DNA of 47,366 bases from an uncultured Pseudomonadales bacterium (lineage in GTDB: Bacteria; Patescibacteriota; Microgenomatia; UBA1400; MFAQ01), in contig CAZYOB010000006.1 of the NCBI GenBank assembly GCA_964648275.1, positions 1 through 47,366 of the forward strand, in the 5' to 3' direction. The first letter of the stretch is position 1. Each line of letters starts with the position of its first letter. Positions 47,163 through 47,366 of the stretch are shown piece by piece. The translations under genes and the position numbers were made by a program. The notes beneath the pieces were generated by a model. It was not told the origin of the DNA, ran no database searches, and saw only the letters and a program-made list of their open reading frames with translations.

Positions 47163-47366
47163 CTCCTTTGATTATCCCAAATAATAACCAGCGAAGCAAT
47201 GAGCCGCAGAAGAAGGCAAATCTGACAAGTGGGAGTTGCCAGTGTGGCTTATGTTTCTTCCAAAAATAAAGCATATATTTGATCTCGCTGGTAAGAGCAA
47301 GGTAGGATCCGCCGGATGCTCCACCGAGGTGGACGATGGTGGGCGACTTTTTAAAATATGTTTTGA
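47113..47366 (-). CDS. Partial CDS, C-terminus of a probable GT2 glycosyltransferase
   Basis: Open frame KTYFKKSPTIVHLGGASGG...YFWKKH...EALKFLI*; HLGGAS and YF.KH match the C-termini of the other GT2s in this window. Confidence 0.75.
   Translation of the reverse strand, partial: KTYFKKSPTIVHLGGASGGSYLALTSEIKYMLYFWKKHKPHWQLPLVRFAFFCGSLLRWLLFGIIKGDEKSRRTYSEALKFLI

Noticed and set aside
1-47366. Alternative genetic code (TGA=Gly as in Gracilibacteria/SR1)
   Set aside because: Conserved genes are full-length under code 11, and several end in TGA (for example ileS, murG and mraZ overlap the next ATG as ATGA).

Overview
Gene-dense bacterial chromosomal window, standard genetic code, mostly minus strand. 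Gene content and style point to a Patescibacteria/CPR genome, probably Microgenomates (inference). It holds two glycosyltransferase loci, tRNA-Val(CAC), lepB, an ileS-rodA-rplU-methyltransferase-rpmA-parB run, a mixed accessory region (14-23 kb), a reduced dcw cluster (mraZ to ftsZ) and glyS/recO. No CRISPR array, integrase or transposase was seen. The best leads are: (1) an ileS T-box with an actinobacterial-type ultrashort Stem I but an intrinsic-terminator platform; (2) an orphan, highly structured ~240-nt plus-strand unit (14828-15099) with its own promoter, palindrome and terminator, a candidate novel ncRNA; (3) a small-protein plus Y-family polymerase cassette with a TTCGG-N6-TTCGG repeat in its promoter; (4) a dcw cluster with no Mur ligases, a DgkA-family kinase before mraY, and an MraY lacking the HHH motif; (5) pervasive leaderless promoter architecture; (6) a rod-like inverted-repeat spacer in the glycan locus. 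All RNA structures were paired by eye and family calls come from motif recognition, not database searches.
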